DNA of 64,000 nucleotides. Source: a virus. Its lineage: Duplodnaviria > Caudoviricetes. The notes beneath the pieces are model-generated. The model made no database searches. It was not told the DNA's origin and saw only the letters and a list, made by a program, of their open reading frames with translations. The position numbers and the translations under genes were made by a program. Below are positions 1 to 10,606 of the stretch, in pieces (positions within the stretch are counted from its first letter, which is position 1; each line of letters starts with the position of its first letter). The stretch is from the IMG/VR virus record IMGVR_UViG_3300010262_000138, positions 48,217 through 112,216 of that record. One strand, given 5' to 3'.

Positions 1-817
1 CGCTTTTTACGGTCAAACCATTATCGTTTGCCATTTTACTGATATTTGTAATCAGCCTGTCCTTAATTTTACTATACTTCTCTACCTCGGTATAATCGGT
101 TTGGGTTTTTCTCATTTCCCGGTTAACCGCTCTGTCAATCTGTTCCTGTTGAAGCATCGTCTTCACCATCATAATGGCGCTTTGCAGTTTATGAGGATCT
201 TCAATTACTTCATCAGTCAGATAGTCAGCAAGAGTATTGTATAGAAACTTACGGTTTTCAGTCGTATAGCTCTCATCATCAAAGCAGTCATATCCAACCG
301 TCTGAATGACGTATCCCTTATTTTTGCGGTCTGCCGCAGCCCACCTGGTTTCTTTCTCATCACGCAGGATGTTTTCGTCGGTTAAAACGCTGTTCCCCTT
401 CAAAAGTTCCACGAGAAAAGGGTAGAAGGTCTTGCTTTTTTCCTGCGTGAGATTCAATTGCCTGATATAAGCGCCGAGAGACACATCCCCTTTATCCCGG
501 CAATTTATATAAATCTTTTCAGAAAAGTAGAGGTCAAGTGCGCAGCACGTCAAGATCAGAGCCGTCTTTTCATCCTTAAATCGGAATTTCTGCTCCTCAA
601 AGAATTTGTTCGCGCAGTCGCTGCACATGTGTGTGTAACCCTCGTTGCCAATATACATATCTGAACGCTTTGACGAATAGAATACTCCCGTTGGATTATC
701 CACTATCCTTCCGCACTTCGTACATTTATACAGCGGCGGCAGAGTAGTCGCGTCAAACTTAGGCTCTTTCATCTTTGGCCTGTTTTTTGAACCCGGTGGT
801 CTTCCTCTTGATGCCAT
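1..817 (-). CDS. YonG-like phage protein with N-terminal Cys/Zn motifs (3' truncated by window edge)
   Basis: GGAGGT RBS then ATG at 817; open frame MASRGRPPGSKN...CTKCG...CSDC runs off the window; position downstream of the YonJ-like gene. Confidence 0.65.
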   Translation of the reverse strand, partial: MASRGRPPGSKNRPKMKEPKFDATTLPPLYKCTKCGRIVDNPTGVFYSSKRSDMYIGNEGYTHMCSDCANKFFEEQKFRFKDEKTALILTCCALDLYFSEKIYINCRDKGDVSLGAYIRQLNLTQEKSKTFYPFLVELLKGNSVLTDENILRDEKETRWAAADRKNKGYVIQTVGYDCFDDESYTTENRKFLYNTLADYLTDEVIEDPHKLQSAIMMVKTMLQQEQIDRAVNREMRKTQTDYTEVEKYSKIKDRLITNISKMANDNGLTVKS

Positions 818-891
818 ACTTAACACCTCCTTGCATTTTTTTCACACAAAAAAAATAAAAGCCCTCCTGTTGAGGAGGGCAAAATTGACAG

Positions 892-1476
892 CTATTTATG
901 ACCGAATTGTATAAGATTTACTATCTCTTCATTTGTCCAAATTTGATTATCAAATATTTCATAGGATTCGTTGCGCTTCTTAAATATCCTGACCGGAGTA
1001 TCTGTTGTATTGTCATAGATATTTAATCTGTCGCACACCTTCATTAAACGAGGTATCATAGAGATGGCTTTATAATAGCGAGAAACAATTTTATCATTAG
1101 GAACGTCATGACCACCGTTTGCAACACGATCTTTTACGCGCAAAATATTGATGGATGGATCATAGGTCAAAATGAATGCGCAACGAATAAAGTACCCGGA
1201 TTTTTTCGCACGTTCTAACAATAGCAGGTTTCTATCTGTAGAAAGCACTGTCTCAAACGTAAAAGATATTTTCTGATCAACCGCTAAATCTCTCATCGCC
1301 GTTGCAATCTGTGCTGCCTCAATATTTGAAATATTACGAGATTTTTGTATATCGTCCGCATTGATATAAGGGAGTATAATATCTTCGTCAGATGCAATTG
1401 TACTTTTTCCAGACCCATTTGGTCCGGCATAAACACGAATCTCAGGATTTTTACTTAACATACTCCACACGTCCAT
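892..1476 (-). CDS. Zeta-toxin-like / AAA P-loop kinase (putative toxin)
   Basis: AGPNGSGKST Walker A, INAD, FETV and RV..GGHDVP motifs; probable start MLSKNPE at 1461. Confidence 0.85.
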   Translation of the reverse strand: MDVWSMLSKNPEIRVYAGPNGSGKSTIASDEDIILPYINADDIQKSRNISNIEAAQIATAMRDLAVDQKISFTFETVLSTDRNLLLLERAKKSGYFIRCAFILTYDPSINILRVKDRVANGGHDVPNDKIVSRYYKAISMIPRLMKVCDRLNIYDNTTDTPVRIFKKRNESYEIFDNQIWTNEEIVNLIQFGHK

Positions 1477-1786
1477 CCGGATATTCCCAATAAGGCTGTT
1501 TGCGAACTAAGTCATATCTGGCAACAGGGAGACCTTTTTCAAATTTGTCTGCAATTGCATCGCTGACAGCTTTCTTTATAGCAACATCATCCCGCATATC
1601 GCGTATGGACGGCCTTCTTTTATGTGAAATGTTAATGATAGATCCATCTTCCATGGTAATTGATGTGCGATACTTTCTAATTTCTCTTTTTTTGATAATT
1701 GCCACAAACACACCCCCTGCTATTACGAGCAATGATATTAAAGACTTACTCAATTTCATTTTATCACCCATTACAGTATAATTCAA
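1451..1786 (-). CDS. Small partner (putative antitoxin) of the zeta-like kinase
   Basis: Overlaps the kinase gene; C-terminus ...GLPVARYD...YWEYPDGRVEY resembles such partners. Confidence 0.55.
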   Translation of the reverse strand: MNYTVMGDKMKLSKSLISLLVIAGGVFVAIIKKREIRKYRTSITMEDGSIINISHKRRPSIRDMRDDVAIKKAVSDAIADKFEKGLPVARYDLVRKQPYWEYPDGRVEYVK

Positions 1787-1846
1787 GTTTAGCAGGAGAT
1801 ATACACGAATTTAGACGACAGGCAAATTTAATACGTTACGTAGATG

Positions 1847-3013
1847 TTATTCTAATATAACATTATACGCGCAATCTACTCCGTTTTCATTCACCACAAG
1901 CACAGTCTGTTCCGGCTTATTGCGCAATCTATGATCCATGCAGTAGTCGTCAGGTCCGGATACGCACCCTGATTCATATACTCTTGTATCATAAACCGTC
2001 CGCATCCCATTGGTATGGCGGTGCCCTGCAAGAACGATATCAGGCTTCATATGCATAAACATAGTCAGCTTCTGGACAACGGTTTCCATATTATCCTTGT
2101 CCCCATGCACCCCGAAAACTTTCTGTCCCCGAACGCTGAACATTGCCACGCTTTCTTCGACGCCATGTTCGTGAACAAACACATTGCTATAATTCGCAAG
2201 CCTTGCCGTAAGAAAGAAGGGAACTAGAACGTCAAGATTTTCACCCTTTAGATTATCATCCTTTTTGGGGATAACCCGTCCGTGATTACCCGGAACCGAA
2301 TAAACATGAACGACGTTAAACATGCCGCTGATACACTCAACAAATTTGCTGACCGCCATTGAAACAGTCTTTACCTGTTGGGCAACATTCATGTTGTTTT
2401 CCAGCCGCGTCGCAGTGTGTATCAATCCGGAAACTAAGTCCCCGCCCAAAAGCAGATAACATCCCTCAGAACAGTGGCGCTGGCGGATTTCGTCAATTCT
2501 CTCAAGGTACTGATTCAGCCGGCGATACATTACTTCCTCGTTATACTCATTAAAAAAGTTTTTAGTGTCAAGACCGGCATGTAAATCAGTCAAATGCACA
2601 ATCAGGTCGTTGTCAGAAATCTCAGTATCTCTGGGCGTATATCCCACTGCAGGCTCTACATTCCACGCAATCACTTCTTTGATTGTATCAAGCAGAGTGT
2701 CCCTACGGGCAAGCTCACGCTGAATACGGGCAAGCTCGCTACGTTCATCGCGCATTCTGATTACGGCTTTCTGTGCCTCCAACTTCTGCACGTGATAGGT
2801 ATCCGCAGCGTCTTCTGCTTCCGGGCGTCGTACAAACCCGGCCTCGTCGAATTCATAGAGAAGGGGAGACGCCCTTCGTATTGTGTTTTTATCGCATGGT
2901 TCACCGGTTGCCTTCTCTACATAATCCGCAACGTCGCTCCATTCGATTTCGTCATCTGTTTTGCGCCGCCGCAGAAGGTCAAGCAGACCAGAATAATAAC
3001 TCGTATCTCTCAT
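1847..3013 (-). CDS. Calcineurin-like metallophosphoesterase (YonJ-like)
   Basis: DLH, GGD, GNH, HGD and GHRH motifs. Confidence 0.8.
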   Translation of the reverse strand: MRDTSYYSGLLDLLRRRKTDDEIEWSDVADYVEKATGEPCDKNTIRRASPLLYEFDEAGFVRRPEAEDAADTYHVQKLEAQKAVIRMRDERSELARIQRELARRDTLLDTIKEVIAWNVEPAVGYTPRDTEISDNDLIVHLTDLHAGLDTKNFFNEYNEEVMYRRLNQYLERIDEIRQRHCSEGCYLLLGGDLVSGLIHTATRLENNMNVAQQVKTVSMAVSKFVECISGMFNVVHVYSVPGNHGRVIPKKDDNLKGENLDVLVPFFLTARLANYSNVFVHEHGVEESVAMFSVRGQKVFGVHGDKDNMETVVQKLTMFMHMKPDIVLAGHRHTNGMRTVYDTRVYESGCVSGPDDYCMDHRLRNKPEQTVLVVNENGVDCAYNVILE

Positions 3014-3071
3014 ATTATCTCCGTAACAAAAAAAAGGACCGGATTTATCCGGTCCTTTATCCTATCCTACA

Positions 3072-3368
3072 TTACTTTTCCAAAAGATCCTTATTAGGCT
3101 TAAAAATGACCTGAACGTGAGCCGGCTTTACGGTCCTTTTACCATTCAGACCTGACACATAGGTACGCTCTTTGATTTTAGCAAGGGTGAACCGGCCAAA
3201 GCCGTACAGATTCACATCGTTACCGGTCTGAAGCTGTTCTTTCAGCAACTCGCAGAATGCTGCGATGGTTTCTTTGCTCTTCTTCTTAGTAATTCCAGTC
3301 TTCTCAGCAAAAAGCTCTGTCAGTTCTTCTTTGAAGATGGTAGGGTTATTGTAACTGATAATAATCAC
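3072..3368 (-). CDS. HU-family DNA-binding protein
   Basis: VNLYGFGRF...PAH...FKP signature. Confidence 0.9.
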   Translation of the reverse strand: MIIISYNNPTIFKEELTELFAEKTGITKKKSKETIAAFCELLKEQLQTGNDVNLYGFGRFTLAKIKERTYVSGLNGKRTVKPAHVQVIFKPNKDLLEK

Positions 3369-3370
3369 TC

Positions 3371-4078
3371 CTAAAATTCTAGTTCATCCGCGTGACTGGA
3401 AATCCAGCCGCGATGGTTTGTTGTTAAAGCACATATTGCGACTCTGTTATCGCCCTCAAAGTGGCGGACGTATCTTACAAAGCCGCTTGCCTCTTTGTTT
3501 TCAAGATCGCATTGCCCGTCATGACCAATGCAGATCAGCTTACAGGAATCTGAAATTCTGGTAATTGCCTTCTTAAGATTGGGACCTGTGAAGTTCTGAC
3601 ACTCATCAATGATTACAACCTTATTATGAAAGTTGGTGCCTCGTATAAAACTCTCGGTCAGCAGCTTAACGATGCCTTCTCCCGTTTTCTGGTTGACCAT
3701 AGAAGCGTCGCATACATCTCTCTGCGGATTCATTTTACACTCAATCATTGCCTGATAGAATGGCTCAAAGTATACTTCGCTTTTAGCGGTAATATCTCCG
3801 GGAAGAAACCCCTGTCTTCCTTCGTTGCAGGCGCTGACCAGTCCGATAATTCCATCATACAAGCCATGCCTGACCAGCAGGTTCGCCGCGCCCATTGCAA
3901 CGGTCGTTTTACCGGTGCCCGCACAAGAGTTCGCAAAAATAACCAGCTTCTGAGGATCAAGAATTGCTTCTGCAAAAACCTTTTGTTCAGGATCAAGCGT
4001 CATGCCATAAAAGGGATGACCGTCAAGAGAGGTGGGGCATGGCTCAGAGTAATCCTCGGCAATACGCCTCTTTGCCAT
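3371..4078 (-). CDS. phoH: PhoH-family ATPase
   Basis: AGTGKT, GFLPGD, RG, DECQN, TR and GHDGQCD motifs. Confidence 0.9.
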   Translation of the reverse strand: MAKRRIAEDYSEPCPTSLDGHPFYGMTLDPEQKVFAEAILDPQKLVIFANSCAGTGKTTVAMGAANLLVRHGLYDGIIGLVSACNEGRQGFLPGDITAKSEVYFEPFYQAMIECKMNPQRDVCDASMVNQKTGEGIVKLLTESFIRGTNFHNKVVIIDECQNFTGPNLKKAITRISDSCKLICIGHDGQCDLENKEASGFVRYVRHFEGDNRVAICALTTNHRGWISSHADELEF

Positions 4079-4707
4079 CAGCGCCCACCTCCAAAAATAT
4101 CCGCGATGCTGGTTATAATTCCGTCAATGAATCCATACTCAAGAGCTTCCTGAGCAGTAATGTACCAGTCCTTGTCCTTCTGGCGCCGGTAAGTCTTTAC
4201 ATCAACCTTCGTCTTTGCCATAAGGTAGTCATGTGAAAACCTTTCCAGAGCCTTAAAGTGACTGGCGGCACACTCTACCTGGCTCATCGTCCCCTCAATA
4301 CCTCCAGAACCTGAATGCCACATAAAGGTACTGTGTTCAAGAGCGTATCTCTTATGTCCGGCAAGCATAATCGCACATCCTGCGCTGGCCGCAAGCCCCA
4401 TATTATATGTATAGATCGGAGTTTCACTGGCTTGAATGATATCGATCAAGTGCCACATAGCGTATTCATCCCCGCCGGGACTAAAAATCATAAGGCGAAT
4501 GGGCTCTCGCTTTTCTTTCTCAATTCCACGATCCGCGTCCTCATAGTTCCACAAAAGAATTCGTTTCCCAATTTCAGTCAGGCTTGAACTCACCTCAAAA
4601 TCAAGCCATATGGTTCTACGGTCTGCCTGCTCATAATAGTTAAGAACTTCTGGCTCAGGCAGTTTCAGATTTCCAACACTCTCTGGGATATTAACGTCTA
4701 AAACCAT
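4078..4707 (-). CDS. clpP: ClpP-family protease
   Basis: SPGG, AASAG (catalytic Ser), MWH and A.EALEYGFID motifs. Confidence 0.88.
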   Translation of the reverse strand: MVLDVNIPESVGNLKLPEPEVLNYYEQADRRTIWLDFEVSSSLTEIGKRILLWNYEDADRGIEKEKREPIRLMIFSPGGDEYAMWHLIDIIQASETPIYTYNMGLAASAGCAIMLAGHKRYALEHSTFMWHSGSGGIEGTMSQVECAASHFKALERFSHDYLMAKTKVDVKTYRRQKDKDWYITAQEALEYGFIDGIITSIADIFGGGR

Positions 4708-4826
4708 ATTTTGTCCTCACAAAACTACTGTATTTAGAGGGGAAGTCCCTCATCATACGAAATATTTTGTGCAATTTATACAAAACATGTAGACATGCCC
4801 TGAAGATACAGAGATATTACCGACTA

Positions 4827-5600
4827 TCAACTTTTTTCTTTTGCAGTTGACCTTTTGCGTTCCTCGCGCTTCTTCATCTTAAAATATCTGCTCCTGCCAT
4901 CCCCTAAACATTCAGAGCAATAAATGCGGTTACGGTTCTTTGTCTGCGGCATCCAGCGTCCGCACTCACAGCAGCGTGAGAAATTTTCTCCCTTAAAAGC
5001 CCTGTAAGCATATCCAAGATCCTGAAAATCTTCGTTGTTCAAGTGAATCGCCACATTTCCATCTGGGGAGAATATCAAAGGGCGGGCGCTTAAATTCATG
5101 CATCCATCTCCATACTCTACCATACCCGCCTCGTAGAGCCTTCGCACCATGTCAGTACGTTTCTTTTTGCTTAGAGATAAATTGGCCCGTTCCGCTACCT
5201 CTTTCCAGCGGCTCCCGGCAATAAAACCTTTTGACTTTTCGCTTTTTACCATTTCAAATCTTGCAAGTGCCACACAGGTAAACAGAAAACATTCCAAGTC
5301 CCTGTCTTTCAGGTTGCCTATTATCTCAATTTCTGATGAATAGATTGGTATAGACAAAATCCTATTCAGTGGAAATTTATCTCCGTTTGATACATATGTA
5401 GGGACTTTTTGGAACAACGTAGATCCTTCTGGGAGAGATTTTTCATAAGGCTCTATCAGCTTTCTGACTCGCGCCTCCGCATCGCTTTTATCCATCCCGC
5501 TCTGTACCAGATACCTTGCAGCATACATCGATGCCTCGAATGGGTCTGCTAAAACAGCAGACCCCTCGGTAATATCCTTTGCATACTGATATTCATTCAA
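4827..5600 (-). CDS. Hypothetical protein with C-terminal Zn ribbon, coupled to the RNAP gene
   Basis: 257-aa ORF with CCECG...YCSEC, overlapping the RNAP stop. Confidence 0.7.
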   Translation of the reverse strand: MNEYQYAKDITEGSAVLADPFEASMYAARYLVQSGMDKSDAEARVRKLIEPYEKSLPEGSTLFQKVPTYVSNGDKFPLNRILSIPIYSSEIEIIGNLKDRDLECFLFTCVALARFEMVKSEKSKGFIAGSRWKEVAERANLSLSKKKRTDMVRRLYEAGMVEYGDGCMNLSARPLIFSPDGNVAIHLNNEDFQDLGYAYRAFKGENFSRCCECGRWMPQTKNRNRIYCSECLGDGRSRYFKMKKREERKRSTAKEKS

Positions 5601-6702
5601 AATTACCTTGTAAATTTACCTGACCTCCTACATCAATAGCGCATGGAGAGAATCTTTCACCGGCATACTCAACGGCGCCGTTTTGATCAATCTCCAAATA
5701 ACACAGCTTATTTCCGGATTCTTTCAAAAGATTGCGGCAAATTTGTTCAGAGCATACCAACCACGCAAACCGCTTTGACCTTTCTGATTTATAACACAGG
5801 TCAACGAGAATGTTACATAATTCCTCTGCGTTACTGACTGCCTGCCCGCACTCTGCCGTAAAATCTTCAATTATTACTGTCTTTGCCTTCTTGCTTTCTT
5901 CTTCAGATATGCGGTAAAGGCGAGCATTCTTTTCGAACTGGTCCATCTGGGAACAAAAGTCGTGATAGATTTTTTGAATCTTGGCAAAGGCCCTGCTGCT
6001 ATACTCTTTATCGCTTTTTAGTAGGGAAGAGTCAAACGGATCTGCCTTATGCTCCCGCGTTTTACGAGCCTCAAAATACGCTTCCACAATATGACATAAA
6101 CGGTTCATCGTACCGCCGCAGTCAATCACAGGGTTAAGACTCGCTACCTGGTCTAAGAACTCCCGCATACGCGGGGTAGGGGACTCTTTATTTCTCAACT
6201 CTTCTATGCTTACACCGAACTCCATTCTGCAACGAGTCTGCGTCCGGTCTATGTAGTTGCGATAACGGCTTAGTTCTTCAGGATACCGATATATCATAAA
6301 ATATGGTTTACGGTCCGCCACAATGCGTATGTTGATTGGATCGTCTGTCTCTGCGGCGGATTTACGTTTGTACCAATGTTTTGGCATCCCGTTGGAAATA
6401 ATTCCTTTAAGTTTGTCGATACAATTCTGTTGTATAAATTGCCCGGAAATAACACGATATTCCAACTCTTCGTATTCTCTTTCTCCTTTAGAGAATCCCG
6501 CCTGAATATCTGTCTGGGTTGTGATTCTATTTGTCACCGAGCCAATATCATCTCCGAACCCCGCGATATTAGCCGCAATGAAATCGCTCTCGCTCGGAAT
6601 CTTTTTAGGTGCCTTCTTCTGTTCGCATTGAATAGGAAGAGTTTCCTTGTGACAACCCACCAGAACGGGATTGTCGGTCAGGAAGATTAAATCTCCATCT
6701 TT
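5593..6702 (-). CDS. YonO-like two-barrel RNA polymerase, exon 2
   Basis: Frame extends upstream of the called ORF to KDGDLIFLTDN; contains IGSVTN and IDKLKG segments typical of RdRP-fold polymerases. Confidence 0.85.
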   Translation of the reverse strand, partial: KDGDLIFLTDNPVLVGCHKETLPIQCEQKKAPKKIPSESDFIAANIAGFGDDIGSVTNRITTQTDIQAGFSKGEREYEELEYRVISGQFIQQNCIDKLKGIISNGMPKHWYKRKSAAETDDPINIRIVADRKPYFMIYRYPEELSRYRNYIDRTQTRCRMEFGVSIEELRNKESPTPRMREFLDQVASLNPVIDCGGTMNRLCHIVEAYFEARKTREHKADPFDSSLLKSDKEYSSRAFAKIQKIYHDFCSQMDQFEKNARLYRISEEESKKAKTVIIEDFTAECGQAVSNAEELCNILVDLCYKSERSKRFAWLVCSEQICRNLLKESGNKLCYLEIDQNGAVEYAGERFSPCAIDVGGQVNLQGNFE

Positions 6703-6953
6703 CCTTTATACTCCATGTCACCATAGAGAGTAGACTATCTCTTCACCCCATAGGGTGCCCGGCGCTTCCACGCAGGAATTTCACCTGACATGTACTTCCT
6801 TTCGGAATAGTCGTTACACGTTCTCAAAAGAGCTTCGCACGGTATTGTCTCGGGAAGAGTTCTACCGTTAGCACAGCAAAGCTGCACACCCCGCAATTAC
6901 GGGTTCACCGGGTTTTCACCGCGCCGTTTCCGACGCGGGGGACTGCTTTATCA
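6703..6953 (-). ncRNA. Group I self-splicing intron (251 nt, no homing endonuclease) in the RNAP active-site codons
   Basis: Exon 1 ends in U; P1 GGAU^UG/CAGUCC with U.G wobble; Q AAUACCGUGCGAAGC; R GUAACGACUAU; S AAGAGAUAGUCU; terminal G; removal restores NGADKDGD in frame. Confidence 0.92.
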
Positions 6954-8600
6954 ATCCGCTCCATTCAATGCATGGCAGGTCATATCATGGCAGTTTAAAA
7001 GCGTAACTGTATTCATATACCGATACCAATAGTTTGCCTCATCAGACCTGTGTATCTTCATCTTCCTGATATTATTGTGATTGCTCATTGGGGCTCGGAA
7101 ACATACAACATCATCTGTCCCTTTATCGTGCCAATATCTGTTATATAGCTCCCCGGCTTTCAGCAGCCCTGTCACCGGTAATCCCCAAATGCTCTGGCAC
7201 AACGCAATTGGATCGCCGCATATTACAGAGAAGTTACCCTCTACCTTAACCTTCCCGAACTTCGACTCATTTACCCTCTTCTTAATCAGCGTCTTAATCT
7301 GATTGCGTACAAAGGGGTCTCCAAGCATCCTTCGGTCTGCCTGCAGAGCCGTAACCCAATCAAAATCTCCGCTGAATGCATTCTTCTCTGTAATACCAGT
7401 ACCCCGTAAAAAGAGAAGGGTACGGTAATAATCGTCACCCATTGCATCGCTGAGTTCGTGCAGGGTAGGGGAGACCAACTCATTTATCTCATCATCGCTA
7501 AGATCATAGCTCTGAATGAACTGATAATTAAGGCGCCGCTCTTTATCAAGCTCTCTCGAAGTCACTTTTGTAGCTGAAAAGGTATATCCATTTACACTGC
7601 AATTTTGCAGATAATCATCGATATTTGCGTAAGAATCCCATAATTTCAGCATAGAAGCAGTCAAAATCAGCTCAATTTCGTTGATTTTGTGCTTATTTCC
7701 CCAGATGTCTACCGCCGCATCCTTTTGTGCTATTGATGACGCAAATTCATGAAAATCAAATGTAAATGCCATACCTTTACAAAAACTATTGCGCAGACAA
7801 AGCCCAGACGGAAGATAGTCAAGCTGAAGCTCTTCCTGCCATCGCATAGCTAGGGCGGGGGACATCACTCCGTATCCATCGCTATCAATCAACTCTACGT
7901 CTCCGTTTTTGATAACTTCCATACTTGGTTCTCCGGTAGGTGAGTCCTTCAGAAGAATGTAATCCGAGTTGAAGTGAACAACGCAGTCGTCTACGACAAG
8001 AACCCCTTTTGGTATACTGAGAGGGGTTGATGCGGAACAAATCAAGGCGCGATATGCCTCTAGCTTCGCCGGCACAAACTCTTTATCCATGCGTCGCCCA
8101 TTGTCCGCTCGTCGCCGCAGTTCTTCTAAAAGTTCCGCTCCATTCCTTGTATACTCTGAAATAAATACAACGGTTGAGTTTTTTACGCCCCCGGTAGTCC
8201 CGACAAATCGTTGGTAGGTCATTCCATTGACCTTAAACCCTTTACACGCCCGGAGAAAATCCTTATTGGAATTACACACCAAGCAGATGTATTCCGGTAC
8301 GAATTGGATCTCATTCAATGCAGAATACAGCAATTTTATGCGGTTTTCCACCTCTTTTGAACGTTTTTCTCTCCGCAATTCACGTAATTCTGTGCGAATT
8401 TTCTCGAATTTATCCAGATTTTTATGAAGATCAATACCGGCTATCTGCTCGATCATACGGATACAGGTGCTTTCCGCGAGTGAAATCACAGCCCCGGACC
8501 TCTTGGCGTCGCGCAGCGAGATATTGTAATCCCAGTTGGACTTCCTCAATTCTTCGGTGGATAACTTCAAAACCTGCCTGAGATAAGAATACTGCTTTAT
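6954..8600 (-). CDS. YonO-like two-barrel RNA polymerase, exon 1
   Basis: SDGYG, R...KG and FRAP motifs; ends ...ALNGAD; probable ATA start at 8600 behind AAGGAGG (track start 8657). Confidence 0.88.
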
Positions 8601-8697
8601 GAAATCAGCCTCCTTTTTTGTGCATACAGTAATAGAAAATGAGAATAGACAACCCAAAACGATAATCTATTCGAAGTGGATTAAGAGTTCCCCAAAA

Positions 8698-9012
8698 TCA
8701 ATTACTGTGAATGGATTTATGCATCTGTTTCATGCGTTCTGCCGCCGCCGCTCTCAACGCATCAGGCGCTTTGCGTTTTGGGGCGGTCGTTGACCGAATC
8801 GTTATCATATTCTCCGGCGCCTCAAAGAGAGCGTAAACAGCCTCACCGCTTTCATCAAACTCCTCCCTTGTTATCTCCCATCCCATTTTCCTGAACTTAC
8901 GGATATAGCGGGGGATAGAAGCCTCTACCTTCCACTTACGGTCGGTATCGTCCAGCCACATATGTACTTCGCGTTCTTCTGTCGTCAAAGCCTTCATCGT
9001 CTCACCCCACAA
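8698..9012 (-). CDS. Hypothetical phage protein
   Basis: Co-directional ORF in the operon, probable start MKALTTEERE. Confidence 0.7.
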   Translation of the reverse strand: MWGETMKALTTEEREVHMWLDDTDRKWKVEASIPRYIRKFRKMGWEITREEFDESGEAVYALFEAPENMITIRSTTAPKRKAPDALRAAAAERMKQMHKSIHSN

Positions 9013-9499
9013 TCTTATTGATGTAATAGATCCCGTCGCTGCACCAGACCTCTACATCCGGCTCATAGCGAAGAAAATCTTTCAGATGGTCCCGGCAATA
9101 CAGATAAGCCGTTCTTCCGGCGCGGACTTCACGCAGGGCCTCGTTCATCATCTGGCGGTAATAACAGTAAAGCGGCGTAGTATTATCGTCAGACGACCAA
9201 CCCTCGTTCTTTCCCCTCGGGAGGAGCTTGCGGCCGGCAGGCGTAATCCCATTCTTCAGATTCGCCACCAGCTCACCGCAGTCAACTCCGCTTTCTTTAT
9301 TTCCGAAATAATCACACACCACTTCTTCTTCCTCTCCTTTTACTCCGCATTCCTTTACGTGCAGACAGCATTTGCACAGATTATTTAGCTTCACTCTATA
9401 AACTGGCTCCTTCCCATCAAGGGTTATTTGTATTTTGTACCAGCTCGGAAAGCCGGTCTGACAGCTCCGCAGAGATGCCGACCATAGCGCAGCACTCAT
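9002..9499 (-). CDS. Hypothetical protein with Cys cluster (true start probably ~9394)
   Basis: Co-directional ORF, CKCCLH..C motif. Confidence 0.55.
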   Translation of the reverse strand: MSAALWSASLRSCQTGFPSWYKIQITLDGKEPVYRVKLNNLCKCCLHVKECGVKGEEEEVVCDYFGNKESGVDCGELVANLKNGITPAGRKLLPRGKNEGWSSDDNTTPLYCYYRQMMNEALREVRAGRTAYLYCRDHLKDFLRYEPDVEVWCSDGIYYINKIVG

Positions 9500-9605
9500 T
9501 CCATTCGCACCACCATGCGCAGCTCTCTTTACTGCACGATCTGTTTCCAGCTACTTTGAGAGGACACATCTTATTTTCCAATCCTAATTTCCTCCTCCGG
9601 TTCAC
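9417..9605 (-). CDS. Small Cys-rich hypothetical protein
   Basis: CPL...CSKESCAWW...CC motif. Confidence 0.55.
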   Translation of the reverse strand: MNRRRKLGLENKMCPLKVAGNRSCSKESCAWWCEWNECCAMVGISAELSDRLSELVQNTNNP

Positions 9606-9759
9606 GAGGCCACTGAAATTCAGACTTAATGGCTTCCAACTTAGCGGCCATTATAGCCAGCCTCGCTTTCGCTTTCTTTTCTCTCAACTCGTAATCTAAA
9701 TTTTTGACTTTAACTTTCATGAGCCCTCCATTTGCGGGGCGGGTATCAACCCGCCGCAT
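9571..9759 (-). CDS. Small hypothetical protein (probable start MKVKVK at 9720)
   Basis: GGAGG RBS before ATG, co-directional. Confidence 0.5.
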   Translation of the reverse strand: MRRVDTRPANGGLMKVKVKNLDYELREKKAKARLAIMAAKLEAIKSEFQWPREPEEEIRIGK

Positions 9760-10606
9760 ACTCTTTTCTCAGCTTCTCGACGATATACATCTGGCCTTTA
9801 CCAGTTACCAGAGTAACAGGGAAGATCTTATGCCCATATGTAGTTTCCTTCGCAACCTCCTTTACATCGAATAATCCGGAGGAGACATACTGCTGGTAAG
9901 GCTCGTTGTTTTCCCGCAGGATCTTTTTGTCCCTAAGCCACCGGAGCAGCTTGTTGCGCCCGAGAGGAATATTCTCATCGTGGACCAGTTTTGCCATCTG
10001 GGACATCGTAATCAGGTCTTTCGAGTTGCCAACCTTCTCAGCAAACTCCACCATAGGCTTCTGAGACTCAATGACCTTCTCCTGCGCCGCAGTCTTTTCT
10101 TCCAGAAGCAACCGCTGTTCACGCTCCGCTTTGAGATCCGTAGCCAGACGAATGATGGTGTCGGGGTTAAGGAGAACTTTTTCAATTGTTTCAGGGGTCA
10201 TATAGGCGCCATGCTTGCGGATAGAGGGAATAACTTCGTCAGCAATCTTTGCCTGAAATGCTTCTGCGGCCTCGTTTTTAGCTTTCATAGCAAGGCGGTA
10301 GAAGATGTTTTCGGGGATGAAATCGGGGCAACCATTGCCATCCCCACTTGTGGGGACGCCGAGTTCTGTGAGATATTTTCGTACCCGCTCCCACCGTACA
10401 GCTTCGTTGCCGCTGGCTGCAATTTGGGTAAACCCCAAGCCTCGGGCCACCGTTTCGAGCTTCAGATAGGCCGTTCCATCCTTCTCATAACACTCGATTC
10501 CTTTGATAGTAATGATGTTGTTTTCCATTTGCAGCTTCCTTTCATAACTTGATATAAGATTGTTTTCTATAAGCTGCGCCCACAAGTGGGCACGATTTTC
10601 GACCAC
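9746..10606 (-). CDS. Phage antirepressor (Bro-like N-terminus plus KilAC/ANT C-terminus); probable start MENNI at 10528
   Basis: EVIPSIRKHGAYMT, GRNKL..WLR and VTGKGQ.YI motifs. Confidence 0.9.
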   Translation of the reverse strand: MVENRAHLWAQLIENNLISSYERKLQMENNIITIKGIECYEKDGTAYLKLETVARGLGFTQIAASGNEAVRWERVRKYLTELGVPTSGDGNGCPDFIPENIFYRLAMKAKNEAAEAFQAKIADEVIPSIRKHGAYMTPETIEKVLLNPDTIIRLATDLKAEREQRLLLEEKTAAQEKVIESQKPMVEFAEKVGNSKDLITMSQMAKLVHDENIPLGRNKLLRWLRDKKILRENNEPYQQYVSSGLFDVKEVAKETTYGHKIFPVTLVTGKGQMYIVEKLRKEYAAG

